From: an uncultured Candidatus Saccharibacteria bacterium
GTDB taxonomy: Bacteria; Patescibacteriota; Saccharimonadia; CAILAD01; GCA-016700035
Length of the DNA stretch: 64,000 nt
Reading direction: 5' to 3'
Assembly: GCA_964454845.1 (NCBI GenBank)
Contig: CAYVVS010000002.1
Coordinates: forward strand, 1,465 to 65,464
A program made the position numbers and the translations under genes. Of the stretch, positions 1 through 9,841 are shown in pieces. The notes under the pieces are model-generated. The model ran no database searches. It was not told the DNA's origin and saw only the letters and a list, made by a program, of their open reading frames with translations. Position 1 is the stretch's first letter. Every line of letters starts with the position of its first letter.

Positions 1-879
1 GTTTTCATTAGTCAAAACACCCCACATCACGAGGCCAGCAGTCAAAGCTGCAGCCACAAACATCAAGCCAGTTGCGAGACGGTATTTTTTTGGCACAGCA
101 AGCAAAGTTACCAAAGCTGTTGTGACCCCAAAGCCTATCAAAGCGCTGCGCGAGAAGGTTGTAATACCAGCAATTACAAATAGACTCACCAATATTGCGC
201 CTACATAGCGAATTTTTCTTGAACGAGCCTTCACTGAAAGCGCCAAAGATAGTCCAAATGGAATAATTAGATAAGTACCTAGTTGATTTGGACCACCCAA
301 AGTAGAAAAAGAACGACCGAATGGAAAATCTGGATGCACACCTTGAAACGGTAGAATTGTCGACTGTCCATAGCCAAGGTTCGCCAAAAATGACGTCGGC
401 ACAAGCAAAAACTGTAAAATCGCCAACGCCGCTACCACACAAGCTGAAGCCAAAACGACCCGTGCCAGCCGTCGTTCTGAAATGTTACGCGCAAACGGTT
501 GAACCGCTAAGAATAACACTAGTGGCACCGCAGTTGTTTTAACACCAACGAAAAACGCCATACCATAATTTGCATTCAACATATTTGCAAGCAGCCCGGC
601 CAAGACGATAAGCCCAACTAAAACTATCGCCGGCTGTCGAAGTGCCTCACGCCAGCCATTACGAAAAAGATACGGCAAACTCACAGCCAAAGCTAATCCC
701 ACTATGAGCAAAATGAGTACCTCTTTCCAGATAGCGATTAACTCGCGCTGGCCAGTAATCGTGCCAATCCAGATGGTAAAAAACGCGTGAAACGGCACCA
801 GGGCCAGCAAAACCAACGTTAATACCCCACCAAGACGCTTGAGATTTTCAGAATGTACGTGCTGAAAAATTTTGTGCAT
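1..879 (-). CDS. Polytopic membrane protein, O-antigen ligase/polymerase-like; C-terminus lies beyond the window start
   Basis: Own translation of the minus strand from ATG 879-877 (MHKIFQHVHSENLKRLGGVLTLVLLALVPFHAFFTIWIG...) stays open through base 1, so it is missing from the supplied track (no stop in window). It has many hydrophobic spans. The TFSRSALIG segment resembles the conserved loop of O-antigen ligase (Wzy_C) proteins. Family call tentative. Confidence 0.5.
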   Translation of the reverse strand, partial: MHKIFQHVHSENLKRLGGVLTLVLLALVPFHAFFTIWIGTITGQRELIAIWKEVLILLIVGLALAVSLPYLFRNGWREALRQPAIVLVGLIVLAGLLANMLNANYGMAFFVGVKTTAVPLVLFLAVQPFARNISERRLARVVLASACVVAALAILQFLLVPTSFLANLGYGQSTILPFQGVHPDFPFGRSFSTLGGPNQLGTYLIIPFGLSLALSVKARSRKIRYVGAILVSLFVIAGITTFSRSALIGFGVTTALVTLLAVPKKYRLATGLMFVAAALTAGLVMWGVLTNEN

Positions 880-881
880 TG

Positions 882-1889
882 CTATCGATTCGAAATTACA
901 CTGCGAATATAATCATCCAAATTCTCTAGGGCAATCCCTGTGCCGCGAGCCACACAGAGCATCGGTTCATCGGCGACATAGGCCGGTACACCGGTCACTT
1001 TTGTCATCATTTTATCGATATTGCGCAACTTAGAGCCGCCGCCAGTCATAACCATTCCGCGATCAATAATGTCACTCGAAAGCTCAGGCGGAGTTTGTTC
1101 TAGCACGGATTTCACAGCCCCAATAATACCCTCCAGCTCATCGCCCATCGCTTGCGTTACTTCATCAGAGTCTAATTTGATAGTCTTTGGCAAACCGGCA
1201 ATCATATCGCGGCCACGAATCTGCATGGTCAGCGGCACCTCGAGGGGTAGAGCCGAGCCGATTTCTTTTTTAATATCTTCAGCGGTCTGGTCGCCAATAA
1301 TCAAACCATATTTACGGCGAATATAGTCAGCAATCGCCATGTCTAGTTTATTACCGCCAATACGGATTGAGTTTTGCGCAACGATTCCACCTAATGAAAG
1401 AATTGCTACCTCGGTAGTACCTCCACCAATATCTACAATAAGATTTCCTGCTGGTGCGGCGATTGGCACCCCTGCCCCAATAGCCGCCGCGACTGGTTCA
1501 CGAATAATATGGGCTTTTTTAGCACCAGCCGCTAAAGCCGCATCAATAACAGCGCGGCGCTCGGTTGAAGTTACTCCAGCTGGCACCGAAATCATCAGCT
1601 CAGGGCGACTTAAGCGAATCGTGCCCGAAACTCGGTCAATAAAGTGCTTCAACATTGCTTGAGTAATGCGATAATCGGCTATCACCCCGTCGCGCAATGG
1701 TCGACTGGCTGTAATTACATCAGGTGTGCGGCCCAACATCTCTTTGGCTTCATTACCGATAGCAACGATTCGATTGTCATCAACGGATACTGCCACCACG
1801 CTCGGCTCATTAGCAACAATGCCTTTCTTAGGTACGTACACTAAGGTGTTGGCTGTACCAAGATCAATGGCAATTCGGCGTTTAATCAT
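882..1889 (-). CDS. mreB: MreB-like actin-family rod-shape protein (paralog 1, outside the mreBCD cluster)
   Basis: Track ORF 882..1934 trimmed to ATG 1889 (MIKRRIAIDLGTANTLVYV...), which gives a canonical MreB N-terminus. DLGTANT, DIGGGTTEV and MTGGGSKLRNID actin-fold nucleotide-binding motifs are present. Confidence 0.85.
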   Translation of the reverse strand: MIKRRIAIDLGTANTLVYVPKKGIVANEPSVVAVSVDDNRIVAIGNEAKEMLGRTPDVITASRPLRDGVIADYRITQAMLKHFIDRVSGTIRLSRPELMISVPAGVTSTERRAVIDAALAAGAKKAHIIREPVAAAIGAGVPIAAPAGNLIVDIGGGTTEVAILSLGGIVAQNSIRIGGNKLDMAIADYIRRKYGLIIGDQTAEDIKKEIGSALPLEVPLTMQIRGRDMIAGLPKTIKLDSDEVTQAMGDELEGIIGAVKSVLEQTPPELSSDIIDRGMVMTGGGSKLRNIDKMMTKVTGVPAYVADEPMLCVARGTGIALENLDDYIRSVISNR

Positions 1890-1985
1890 AGTTACCATTG
1901 TATAGAAAAACATCGCTTCACTCCAGATAGCCAAAAACGGCTTGTTAGTTCACCTTTTCTGCTATAATTTAGGCCACTGAGGCAC

Positions 1986-3455
1986 ATGTCCACACATCCT
2001 ATGAAGATTTCAAAAAAAACCCGTGATATTCTCGCATATTTAATTGGAGGTACCGTAGTTGTTGCCGGTACCCTTTTACTTGTAGCTATCGCAAATGGCT
2101 GGCAGTACAACGTTTTTACTGGTGAGATTACTGAGACTGGACTGATTCTTATGGGCAGCGAGCCAAATGGCGCCACAATAACCCTGAATGATAAAGTTCT
2201 ACGACAAAAAACCAATTTTCGATACTCCTCTGCACCGATTGGCGAATACACTATCCGCTACGAAAAAGACCAATTCCGCCCCTGGACGAGCATAACTTCT
2301 GTTCAGGCTGGCCAAGTCACATTCTCAGATCATGCCTGGCTCATCCCAAATGATATTCCGCAAAGAAATCGCTACGAAAACTTACAGGTATCGCAAGCCT
2401 ACCAAACAGAAGATCGCAAACGTTTTATCTTGGTTGATAGCACACAGCCCAGTGCACCTGCGCTCTATACGTCAACTGATCTCAGGCGCCCACCAGTAGT
2501 ACTACTCACAAATAGCCAGCTTTCTGCGGCAGCTGGAGGTCCGGTCACACAGCTAGACAGCCTACAGTTTTCTGATGATGCTAGTCAGATTCTATTTCGG
2601 GTCAACACCCAAAGCGGCAGTGTCGCGTGGCTGACTGCCGGCGCGACGCCAGCTGGTCAACCAACAATCACTAATCTCACACAGACCCTCTTATTTAACC
2701 CAACTTGGATTAGCTGGGTGCCGCGAGGTAATAACGAAATTTCCTACACCGAGAAAGGCATTCTTCGTCGCGCGCAAATCCGCGAAAAAAACATCTCAGA
2801 AGCTTTGGCCGAAGGTGTTATCTCCGCCCGTTGGTCAGAAGAATGGCTCGTATTTGTAAGTTCCCAAACAACCGCCAGCCAGCCAGCCACGACCACTCAA
2901 AAGCTCTTTATCCGACCAATCGATGCAAGTACTAATAACGAAATCGCCACGCTGCCGCTCAATGGCCAGTCGTTTGACACCCGATACATTCGAGCGCTGG
3001 ACCGCGACTATATTGCCCTGCTCAACAAAGACACAAAAATTCTCACCCTCTACACAGGGATCTTGCGTAATCCAAGCAACCGCACCGCAAGTGCCATTGG
3101 CCGAAATGTAAGTGCCATAACTGTTAGCCCGAATAATCGATTCCTCACACACAATGCGAGCGACCAAATGGTAACGCTCGACCTTGAACGTTTTAGGCGT
3201 TATCGAGCTAACACCTCGCTAGAGGGGCTTACCGACTGGGCCTGGATGAATGACCAGCACCTCGCACTTAAGCTAGGAACCAACCTTAAGCTCGTCGACT
3301 ACGATGGCCAAAACAGTGAACTCATTGCGGACTCGCTCATACCAAGTTCGCCAATTTTATTCTCAGAGAACAAAACATTACTCAATATCACCACACTAGA
3401 CACAAAATTACTCTTTACTCAGTCGTATATTGATCCCGAAAAATTTACTGAATAA
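1986..3455 (+). CDS. Membrane-anchored PEGA-domain-like extracytoplasmic protein
   Basis: Track ORF. An N-terminal TM anchor (ILAYLIGGTVVVAGTLLLVAIA) is followed by a PEGA-like segment (GSEPNGATITLNDKVLRQKTNF...YTIRYEKDQFRPW) and a long Ser/Thr/Asn-rich region. The start could also be ATG 2001 (MKISKK). Confidence 0.6.
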   Translation: MSTHPMKISKKTRDILAYLIGGTVVVAGTLLLVAIANGWQYNVFTGEITETGLILMGSEPNGATITLNDKVLRQKTNFRYSSAPIGEYTIRYEKDQFRPWTSITSVQAGQVTFSDHAWLIPNDIPQRNRYENLQVSQAYQTEDRKRFILVDSTQPSAPALYTSTDLRRPPVVLLTNSQLSAAAGGPVTQLDSLQFSDDASQILFRVNTQSGSVAWLTAGATPAGQPTITNLTQTLLFNPTWISWVPRGNNEISYTEKGILRRAQIREKNISEALAEGVISARWSEEWLVFVSSQTTASQPATTTQKLFIRPIDASTNNEIATLPLNGQSFDTRYIRALDRDYIALLNKDTKILTLYTGILRNPSNRTASAIGRNVSAITVSPNNRFLTHNASDQMVTLDLERFRRYRANTSLEGLTDWAWMNDQHLALKLGTNLKLVDYDGQNSELIADSLIPSSPILFSENKTLLNITTLDTKLLFTQSYIDPEKFTE

Positions 3456-3486
3456 AAGAACGCCTTCTGCAAAAGAAGACGTTCTT

Positions 3487-3573
3487 TGGTGCCAGAGGTG
3501 GGAGTCGAACCCACACGCGGTTTCCCGCACACGATTTTGAGTCGTGCGTGTCTGCCAGTTCCACCACTCTGGC
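3487..3573 (-). tRNA. tRNA-Leu (anticodon CAA), long variable arm, CCA encoded
   Basis: Reverse complement reads GCCAGAG-TG-GTGGAACTGGCAGACAC-GCACGA CT CAA AA TCGTGT-GCGGGAAACCGCGT-GTGGGTTCGACTCCCAC-CTCTGGC-ACCA. It has a 7-bp acceptor stem, a CAA anticodon in a 7-nt loop, a type II variable arm and a GGTTCGA T-loop. Confidence 0.9.
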
Positions 3574-3619
3574 CTATATCTGTTAGTACGGGTGCGGATG
3601 TATTATAATACGATAGACC

Positions 3620-4909
3620 ATGTCTACACCATACCCTAACGACAAAAAAGACGAATTGGCGGATGCAGCCAAGCAGCACGGAACACTGAAATTTAGTGAT
3701 CTCTCCAACTCTACCCCGGCGCCAAAGCCAATGAGTTTTGCAGAAGCCCCCACTACACCCGTTCCACCAGATCTGCCAGCTAGTGAACCAGTAGCCACTC
3801 AGGCCAAACCTGATATACCGGTATTTCGCAATCCTCAAGGCAGCGCCCATAAAGTCGATTTAGCTGAAATTGGCGCACCAGTCGACGCTCCCCAGCCAGT
3901 GCTCCAGAAAGCACCAGCTGCACTCCCACAAATTCGCTTCAATCTTTCACCTAACTTTGACACCTTTACAGCGCATGGCTTGCAGATAGAAAAAGAAAAA
4001 ACCAAAGCCACCACACTACTCGGTAAAATTGCCCTCAAATTAAAACTGGCCTCGATATTCTCCAGTAAAAATCTCCGCTACGCCGGTGTAGGTCTAGTTT
4101 CATTTGCAGTGTTTATGTTTGTTTTTAACTTCGGCACCATCGGTGTGCAACTCTGCTACCAAACAAAAATTGATGCCATCTGTAATGTCTTCGGCGCCAC
4201 CCCACCACAAACCGCAACCGCTCCTGTTACCACGCCAACCGTTTCACCCGTTGCCTCTACGAATGCCGCCCAACCAGTCGATTCACCAGATGTAATCATT
4301 ATTCCTAAGCTCAACGTCAACGCACCAATTATTTTTGAGCCATCGATTGCCGAAGATTCTATCCAAAATGCACTCCGCAACGGTGTCGTACACTATGCCG
4401 GCACAGCTCTACCAGGAGAGCCAAGCAATACAGTTATTGTAGGCCACTCTTCAAACGACTGGTGGGAGCCGGGTAATTACAAATTCGTCTTCGCACTTCT
4501 CGAAAAACTAGAACCAGGCGATCAAATTCAGGTGAATTACCAGAAAAAGCGCTATGTCTATCAGGTTGCCGGCAAGAAAATTGTCACCCCTACCGAAATC
4601 TCTGTCCTACAGCCCACTACCGACCCCATTCTCACCCTTATCACTTGTACTCCTCCGGGAACTAGCTGGAAACGACTCATTGTCACCGCCAATCAAATTG
4701 AGCCTTCCCCCACTCGTCCCGAACAACAACCCCAAATTGCTGCTGCCGATAATACTAATGATGCCGCACTGCCCGGAAACGCCCCTTCATTCTTTGACCA
4801 AATCCTACGGTTTATTGGTATGGGAGGTGATAAACCCGCTGGAAGCACAACTCCTACGCCCAGCCCCTCGCAATCACCAGCACGCAACTACCTTCCTGAA
4901 GCCGTTTAG
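3620..4909 (+). CDS. Sortase-family transpeptidase with long Pro/Ala-rich N-terminal region
   Basis: TLITCTP (TLxTC catalytic Cys), IVGHSSN (catalytic His region) and a downstream conserved Arg (KRLIVTA). One TM (YAGVGLVSFAVFMFVFNFGTIGV). Confidence 0.8.
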   Translation: MSTPYPNDKKDELADAAKQHGTLKFSDLSNSTPAPKPMSFAEAPTTPVPPDLPASEPVATQAKPDIPVFRNPQGSAHKVDLAEIGAPVDAPQPVLQKAPAALPQIRFNLSPNFDTFTAHGLQIEKEKTKATTLLGKIALKLKLASIFSSKNLRYAGVGLVSFAVFMFVFNFGTIGVQLCYQTKIDAICNVFGATPPQTATAPVTTPTVSPVASTNAAQPVDSPDVIIIPKLNVNAPIIFEPSIAEDSIQNALRNGVVHYAGTALPGEPSNTVIVGHSSNDWWEPGNYKFVFALLEKLEPGDQIQVNYQKKRYVYQVAGKKIVTPTEISVLQPTTDPILTLITCTPPGTSWKRLIVTANQIEPSPTRPEQQPQIAAADNTNDAALPGNAPSFFDQILRFIGMGGDKPAGSTTPTPSPSQSPARNYLPEAV

Positions 4910-5736
4910 GACAGCGACCGCTTAATCTGCGCAGGCCATAAGCCTGCATCACCCACAGTATTTTCACCGATACTACTAAAAAGATAATGGAATACCTTCA
5001 GTCGCTCCTTCAATTCTACTCCGCGAGAACGAGCAAAGACCGTAACCGGCAAAAGAGCTAATAGCAAATTTCGAGCCTGTTTTTGTGATCCGTGCAATGG
5101 GGTATGTATTAATGTATCGCTTGAAGGAACGTAACTATACAGGTTCACCGCATCATATAACATTACAAAATCTTGTTGAAGGTGAAGATTGCGTAAAAAC
5201 TCTGCTACTCCAAAAATTCCTCGCGCCTTAATGATTTTTTGCCCCCGAGCTCGCTGCATCTTCTCGGCGTGATCTGTGCTAACTAGCCATATAATGTGGG
5301 CATTCTCTTGAATACCCGAATCAATACTCCACAGTGAAAGAGCTTCATCTGTTAGTATTACCGGCACTGCAATATTAGGCAATAAGCGGGCATACATTAC
5401 CTGTTCAGCGCTCGTAAGCTGCATATTTGGCCCGACAACCACCAAACCAGCACTATCGATTAACTGCCAAGCCGTGAGCTCACGCTGTTTGCGCGTATTG
5501 CCATCCATTGATGCTTGAGGAATACTCCCCGGCAAAAAGCGCTCAACGCCAGCCGGCACAACTAATGAGACCGGCAAATGAAGAGCCTGCCAAACACCAA
5601 AAAGCTGTGATATATCCGCAAATCCACGCGGACTACCACCACATAGCGCTATACTTGTGCGCGTTGCCGGACCGAGCGCCAGTGCAAATAGAGCCGAATC
5701 ATCTTCAAGTTTGTTTGTCTGCAATATATGCGGCAT
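4906..5736 (-). CDS. Degenerate carbohydrate-kinase / NAD(P)HX-dehydratase-like protein (YjeF C-terminal-like)
   Basis: Weak motif resemblance only (IALCGGSPRGFADIS; VVVGPNMQL where GPGLG is expected). The C-terminal GxGDxL-type motif is not evident. Confidence 0.35.
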   Translation of the reverse strand: MPHILQTNKLEDDSALFALALGPATRTSIALCGGSPRGFADISQLFGVWQALHLPVSLVVPAGVERFLPGSIPQASMDGNTRKQRELTAWQLIDSAGLVVVGPNMQLTSAEQVMYARLLPNIAVPVILTDEALSLWSIDSGIQENAHIIWLVSTDHAEKMQRARGQKIIKARGIFGVAEFLRNLHLQQDFVMLYDAVNLYSYVPSSDTLIHTPLHGSQKQARNLLLALLPVTVFARSRGVELKERLKVFHYLFSSIGENTVGDAGLWPAQIKRSLS

Positions 5737-5756
5737 ATCCCTCCTGCTAGTAAGTA

Positions 5757-6176
5757 TTAGACGAGAGCGTCAACAGCACGCAAATATGCACGCAAAACAT
5801 CGCCTTCACAAATAGTGGCAAACTCTAGACGTGCACTAGTTGTCATCAAGCTCATGTGACTTTGCATATAAGCGTCAAAATACATTTCGGCTTCGCTGTC
5901 ATCTGTTAGGCCAAGGTCTTTCCGTATCTTTTCAAGAAAAGCCGTATAAGAAACCGCATCTCCCTTTGGAACTGGTCGATGCAGACCAAAGCGATTACCA
6001 AGTCGACGACGAGTCATGCCTGGCAGAAGCTGCTGAGCGAAGTCACGCGTATCTGTACCAAAAAGCTCGAGCACGTGTCGATCGAGGACCTTCATGGCGT
6101 GAGCAGCAGTGTTCTCAGTAGCTACATTAGCATGTTGTTTTAATAGAATTGTGGCGTAATCGTGATACATAATCAC
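5757..6176 (-). CDS. Hypothetical protein (139 aa)
   Basis: Track ORF in a tightly packed co-directional run. No motif recognised. Confidence 0.5.
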   Translation of the reverse strand: MIMYHDYATILLKQHANVATENTAAHAMKVLDRHVLELFGTDTRDFAQQLLPGMTRRRLGNRFGLHRPVPKGDAVSYTAFLEKIRKDLGLTDDSEAEMYFDAYMQSHMSLMTTSARLEFATICEGDVLRAYLRAVDALV

Positions 6177-6204
6177 GAACTATACCATATTTATAATTTT
6201 TTGT

Positions 6205-6432
6205 CTAGTCTTTTTTGTCGGTGTCTTCAGTATTGGCGCTTGCTTGAATCTCTTTTACTCGTAACTGCGCCACCTCTAACTGACCTTTAAGCTTCGCAAC
6301 TAGCTCGCTACCACGCTCAAATGAACGTAATGCCTCTTCTAAATCTACACCATCACTCTCTAGCGACTGAGTAATTCCCTCAAGCTCAGCGAGATCCTCA
6401 CGAAAACTCGAGACTGGTTTGGGTTTCGTCAT
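6205..6432 (-). CDS. xseB: Exodeoxyribonuclease VII small subunit
   Basis: 75 aa. FREDLAELEGITQSLESDGVDLEEALRSFERGSELVAKLKGQLEVAQLRVKEI fits the XseB helical hairpin. It lies directly downstream of xseA and overlaps it. Confidence 0.8.
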   Translation of the reverse strand: MTKPKPVSSFREDLAELEGITQSLESDGVDLEEALRSFERGSELVAKLKGQLEVAQLRVKEIQASANTEDTDKKD

Positions 6433-7621
6433 CCATATCCTCCTTTCCTCGAAGCACCACTTCTAAAGTGCCTTTATGTAATTGTAACAGAATCGGAACA
6501 TTCGGCAGTACTTCCGCTGGCGCATGCAAAACTTTGGCACCCTGCCGTACAATTGCGTAACCACGGGCCAAAATACGCTCTGGATTCACACCCGCAAGCG
6601 TTCTCTGCGCCAAAGCCAAACGATATCCCAAGGCATCCAAGCACCTATCGAGCGACCGCCGCATGCGCTCTTCAGCTCGTTCAATTTTATCGGCCAGCTG
6701 CGCAATCAATCTTGACTGCTGGTGGCCAAACATTGTTATAACTCTCTCTACGCGCTCAAAATACTGCCGCATACCAGCAGCACTACGTTCGGTCAATCGG
6801 TCAATATGACTCATCACCTCCCGTTTATCCGGCAAAAGTCGTCGAGCTGCGTCGGTAGGTGTCGATGCGCGCACATCAGCTGCCAATTCGGCCAAGCTGA
6901 CATCATCCTCATGACCAATCCCGACGATGACCGGAATATGGCTGGCGTATACAGCCCTTACGACGTCTTCATGGTGAAAGGTCTGCAAGTCTTCCGCACT
7001 GCCGCCACCGCGAATCAAGACGATTGCTTCCAAGTCGGGCCGTTCGTCGTTGAACTGTCGTAGCGCCCGAACAACATCAGTTGGCGCCTGCATCCCTTGG
7101 ACGTGCACATGAATATGCTCAATCTCCGTTAATGGCCAACGATCTTGAGCGATGGTTATAAAATCATTGTAAGCAGCAGCATCGCGACTTGTGATAAGTC
7201 CAATTTTCTGGGGGTATTCTGGTAAATTTCGCTTACGCGCAACATCAAACAACCCTTCTTTCTCAAATTGCGCCTTTAAAAGTTCATATGCCCGCATAAC
7301 TTCGCCCTCACCAGCCAGCTCAACCTCTTTCACGGTGAGAGAAAACTTGCCCCACTTTGTAAGATTCGGCGTGGCGGCAACTCGAACCAACATCCCATCT
7401 TCTAATACGGTTTTAAGCTGGTACTTTGTCATAAAGCAGCTAATTGTTGTCTCGCTGTCTTTTATATCAAAGAACACCCACTTGCCCTGATTGATACGAA
7501 AACCCGAAATTTCACCCTCTACAACTACTAAGGGATAGGCGTAGCTCAGAGTTTGATTAACAAATTCGCGTAGCTCGGTTACCGAAAGAACTTCTTCAGA
7601 CACTCGTCTTTCCCTCTTCAT
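6398..7621 (-). CDS. xseA: Exodeoxyribonuclease VII large subunit
   Basis: N-terminal OB-fold region (LSVTELREFVNQTL...VVVEGEISGF), LIRGGGSAEDL motif and a C-terminal coiled coil. Confidence 0.9.
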   Translation of the reverse strand: MKRERRVSEEVLSVTELREFVNQTLSYAYPLVVVEGEISGFRINQGKWVFFDIKDSETTISCFMTKYQLKTVLEDGMLVRVAATPNLTKWGKFSLTVKEVELAGEGEVMRAYELLKAQFEKEGLFDVARKRNLPEYPQKIGLITSRDAAAYNDFITIAQDRWPLTEIEHIHVHVQGMQAPTDVVRALRQFNDERPDLEAIVLIRGGGSAEDLQTFHHEDVVRAVYASHIPVIVGIGHEDDVSLAELAADVRASTPTDAARRLLPDKREVMSHIDRLTERSAAGMRQYFERVERVITMFGHQQSRLIAQLADKIERAEERMRRSLDRCLDALGYRLALAQRTLAGVNPERILARGYAIVRQGAKVLHAPAEVLPNVPILLQLHKGTLEVVLRGKEDMDDETQTSLEFS

Positions 7622-8612
7622 CCAAAACCTGCCGCTTGTAAAACCACAGGCCCACCGGAATAAACAGCCAGAGTGCCATTAAACGATATATAGTTGTCAC
7701 CGAAAACGCCAGACCAAACGGTACGCCCAGTGCAACTTCGACCGCCACCATCGTAGCCTCATACATACCTACTCCAGATGTGAAAAATGACAAAGTCGAC
7801 ATCAAAAGCGCAAAAATATAGGCCGCACCAACCATGCCTGGATTCACCACCTGCCCGAAAGCCAAAAACACGATAAAAATACTCAAAATCTCAAACAAGA
7901 TACACATCAATGCATCACTCAATGGCCGCAAAGCTCGCCGTGGATCCTTGGCAAACAGCTCGATTAAGGTACGGTACCCATCCACAAACTGAGTAGTCTG
8001 GCGCTCACCAATCTTGCCTTTGCGTAATAACTTGAGGACCCAGTTGATCGGCCTTGTAGCGTAAAAGAGCACCCTCTCAAACAAGCGCGGATTCAGTGTC
8101 ATGGCGATAACACAGAGGGCCACAAATAATAAAAGACTTACGACAATCAGGATCAAACGATAACTCACCTGGATAATCGATTGCGAGAAAAACAGTACCA
8201 AAAAGCTTATCGCCAAAACCACTACCAAGCTCAAAAACGTTGCAATATACCAAAAAAACTGTGCAATAAATGACTGCTTCTGTGAAATCTTTGACCTAAA
8301 AATCTGAGCAAAATATGCCGCTCCGGAAACACCACCTGTAGGCACAACCGTGTTCACAAAATTCATACTCACCACCCCCTCAAACAAACGCCAAAACGGG
8401 ATACGCTTCTTGTACAGCCCACTAAAAAAGTGGTCGTAAAAACGTGTGCTAGCCCAGTAGTAACCAAACCGAACCGGCAATACCAAAAGTAGCACCCAAA
8501 TATTCAGTTCTTTCATAAGTGAAATAAATTGCTGGAGCTGCCCGGCATTGCGCAAAAATAGCAGCCCCAAGAGTACCAACGCCACGAAAAACGCAAAATG
8601 ACGTAACTTCAT
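7596..8612 (-). CDS. Polytopic membrane protein, flippase-like / LPG-synthase TM-domain-like (UPF0104)
   Basis: 338 aa, about 8 hydrophobic spans. Family call is based on overall look only. Confidence 0.45.
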   Translation of the reverse strand: MKLRHFAFFVALVLLGLLFLRNAGQLQQFISLMKELNIWVLLLVLPVRFGYYWASTRFYDHFFSGLYKKRIPFWRLFEGVVSMNFVNTVVPTGGVSGAAYFAQIFRSKISQKQSFIAQFFWYIATFLSLVVVLAISFLVLFFSQSIIQVSYRLILIVVSLLLFVALCVIAMTLNPRLFERVLFYATRPINWVLKLLRKGKIGERQTTQFVDGYRTLIELFAKDPRRALRPLSDALMCILFEILSIFIVFLAFGQVVNPGMVGAAYIFALLMSTLSFFTSGVGMYEATMVAVEVALGVPFGLAFSVTTIYRLMALWLFIPVGLWFYKRQVLDEEGKTSV

Positions 8613-8670
8613 ACCTCTATACTACGGGGTTTGGCCCATTTTTGCGACTGCAGCCAGCTTCAGTAATGCT

Positions 8671-9831
8671 ATGATGGACTACATGAAATGGTTTGCATTA
8701 TTAGGGCGTGAGAAAGCAGTCGTCCGTGCCGAACTAGTTAGCGTAACATCACCAGATGCAATAACGTTTGTTGACTCTATCGCAATCGGCACTACGACAC
8801 CACCAAAATGGGATAGCCTTGGATGCACTGTGAGAGCTGGCACCATCGTAGCTGAAGCCGCCAGTAAAACAGAGCTCATCACCGCGCTCGTTTCATCACT
8901 TCCAGCTCCTCTGCAAAGTGGTAAGGTAAGCCTCGGACTTTCAAGCCCTTCGCTCTCCCCACGAGACATAAAGAGTTTTGGTAAATCTTTAAAAGAAGAA
9001 TATGCCACCAAGAAGAGTAAAAGACCTCGCATTGTGTTCCCTCAAAGTGGAACCTTCTTAAATGCCGGCCACCTACAAGGAAGCCGCCTGCTTACTCCGT
9101 CGAACAATGAAATAGCCATCATCCATCACGACGGTGTCTGGCTCGCTGGAGTAACCAATTGGCAGCAAGACATCCAGTCCTACACTAAGCGAGATCGAGA
9201 ACGCCCAGCCCGCGATGCTCGGGTTGGAATGCTCCCCCCAAAACTTGCTCAAAGCATGCTCAACCTAGCGAACGTCACTCCGGAGAGCCACGTACATGAC
9301 CCTTTCTGCGGTACTGGCGTTATCTTAACCGAAGCACTTCTGAAAGGGGCAAATATATCTGGCAGCGATGCTTCGCCCGACATGATTCGGGCAGCGCAGG
9401 AGAACGTCGGCTGGATGCAAGATCAGATTAACGAACAAAAAAAGCCAATTGAAATCTTCCAGGCAGATGCCCAAACCGTCCAACTCCCTTCGCAGACAAC
9501 CCATATTGTAAGCGAAGGGTACCTGGGTAACCCAGATCTGCAAGATGTCACCGAAAAACGACTGCAACAAGAAGCGAATAACCTTTTGCCGCTCTATCGT
9601 AGCTTTTTTGCAAACATATCACGTTTTCCTGAACCGCTTACCATCGTGTTTGCTCTACCGGTTTGGTTTTCTTCAAGCTCCCAACAACCGATCTACCTAC
9701 CAATCCTTGACGATTTACCAGATATGGGGTATACTGTTGAACAGTTTGCGCCAGATTTAGCTTCAACGCTCATTTATCGACGACCACATCAAACCGTCGG
9801 GCGCGCAATTATCAAGCTTAGGAAAGGATAG
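8671..9831 (+). CDS. SAM-dependent RNA/DNA methyltransferase (UPF0020/Trm11-RlmL-like)
   Basis: [15 protein letters not shown] (SAM motif I), [10 protein letters not shown], and a C-terminal substrate region. The N-terminal domain is unassigned. Confidence 0.6.
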   Translation: MMDYMKWFALLGREKAVVRAELVSVTSPDAITFVDSIAIGTTTPPKWDSLGCTVRAGTIVAEAASKTELITALVSSLPAPLQSGKVSLGLSSPSLSPRDIKSFGKSLKEEYATKKSKRPRIVFPQSGTFLNAGHLQGSRLLTPSNNEIAIIHHDGVWLAGVTNWQQDIQSYTKRDRERPARDARVGMLPPKLAQSMLNLANVTPESHVHDPFCGTGVILTEALLKGANISGSDASPDMIRAAQENVGWMQDQINEQKKPIEIFQADAQTVQLPSQTTHIVSEGYLGNPDLQDVTEKRLQQEANNLLPLYRSFFANISRFPEPLTIVFALPVWFSSSSQQPIYLPILDDLPDMGYTVEQFAPDLASTLIYRRPHQTVGRAIIKLRKG

Positions 9832-9841
9832 ATCAAACAGT

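Noticed and set aside
8-442. Track ORF 8..442 (-), 144 aa
   Set aside because: It lies in a different frame from the long open minus-strand frame 1..879, which encodes a convincing polytopic membrane protein starting at ATG 879. Its own sequence (MCGSGVGDFTVFACADV...) has no supporting features.
778-797. parS-like half site (cgcgtgaaac); more generally a search for TGTTTCACGTGAAACA near parAB
   Set aside because: Only the right half matches the parS consensus, and it lies inside a coding region. I could find no full 16-mer in the parAB flanks by eye.
1021-1844. Plus-strand ORFs antisense to mreB paralog 1 (1021..1326, 1339..1662, 1644..1844), and similar antisense ORFs throughout (e.g. 39005..39298, 52922..53284, 26320..26820)
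   Set aside because: They sit entirely within well-supported genes on the other strand, have low-complexity Ser/Pro/Ile-rich translations, and lack RBSs.
3419-3850. Track ORFs 3419..3850 (-) and 3583..3798 (-)
   Set aside because: They run across the tRNA-Leu gene and antisense to the sortase start. No RBS or motif.
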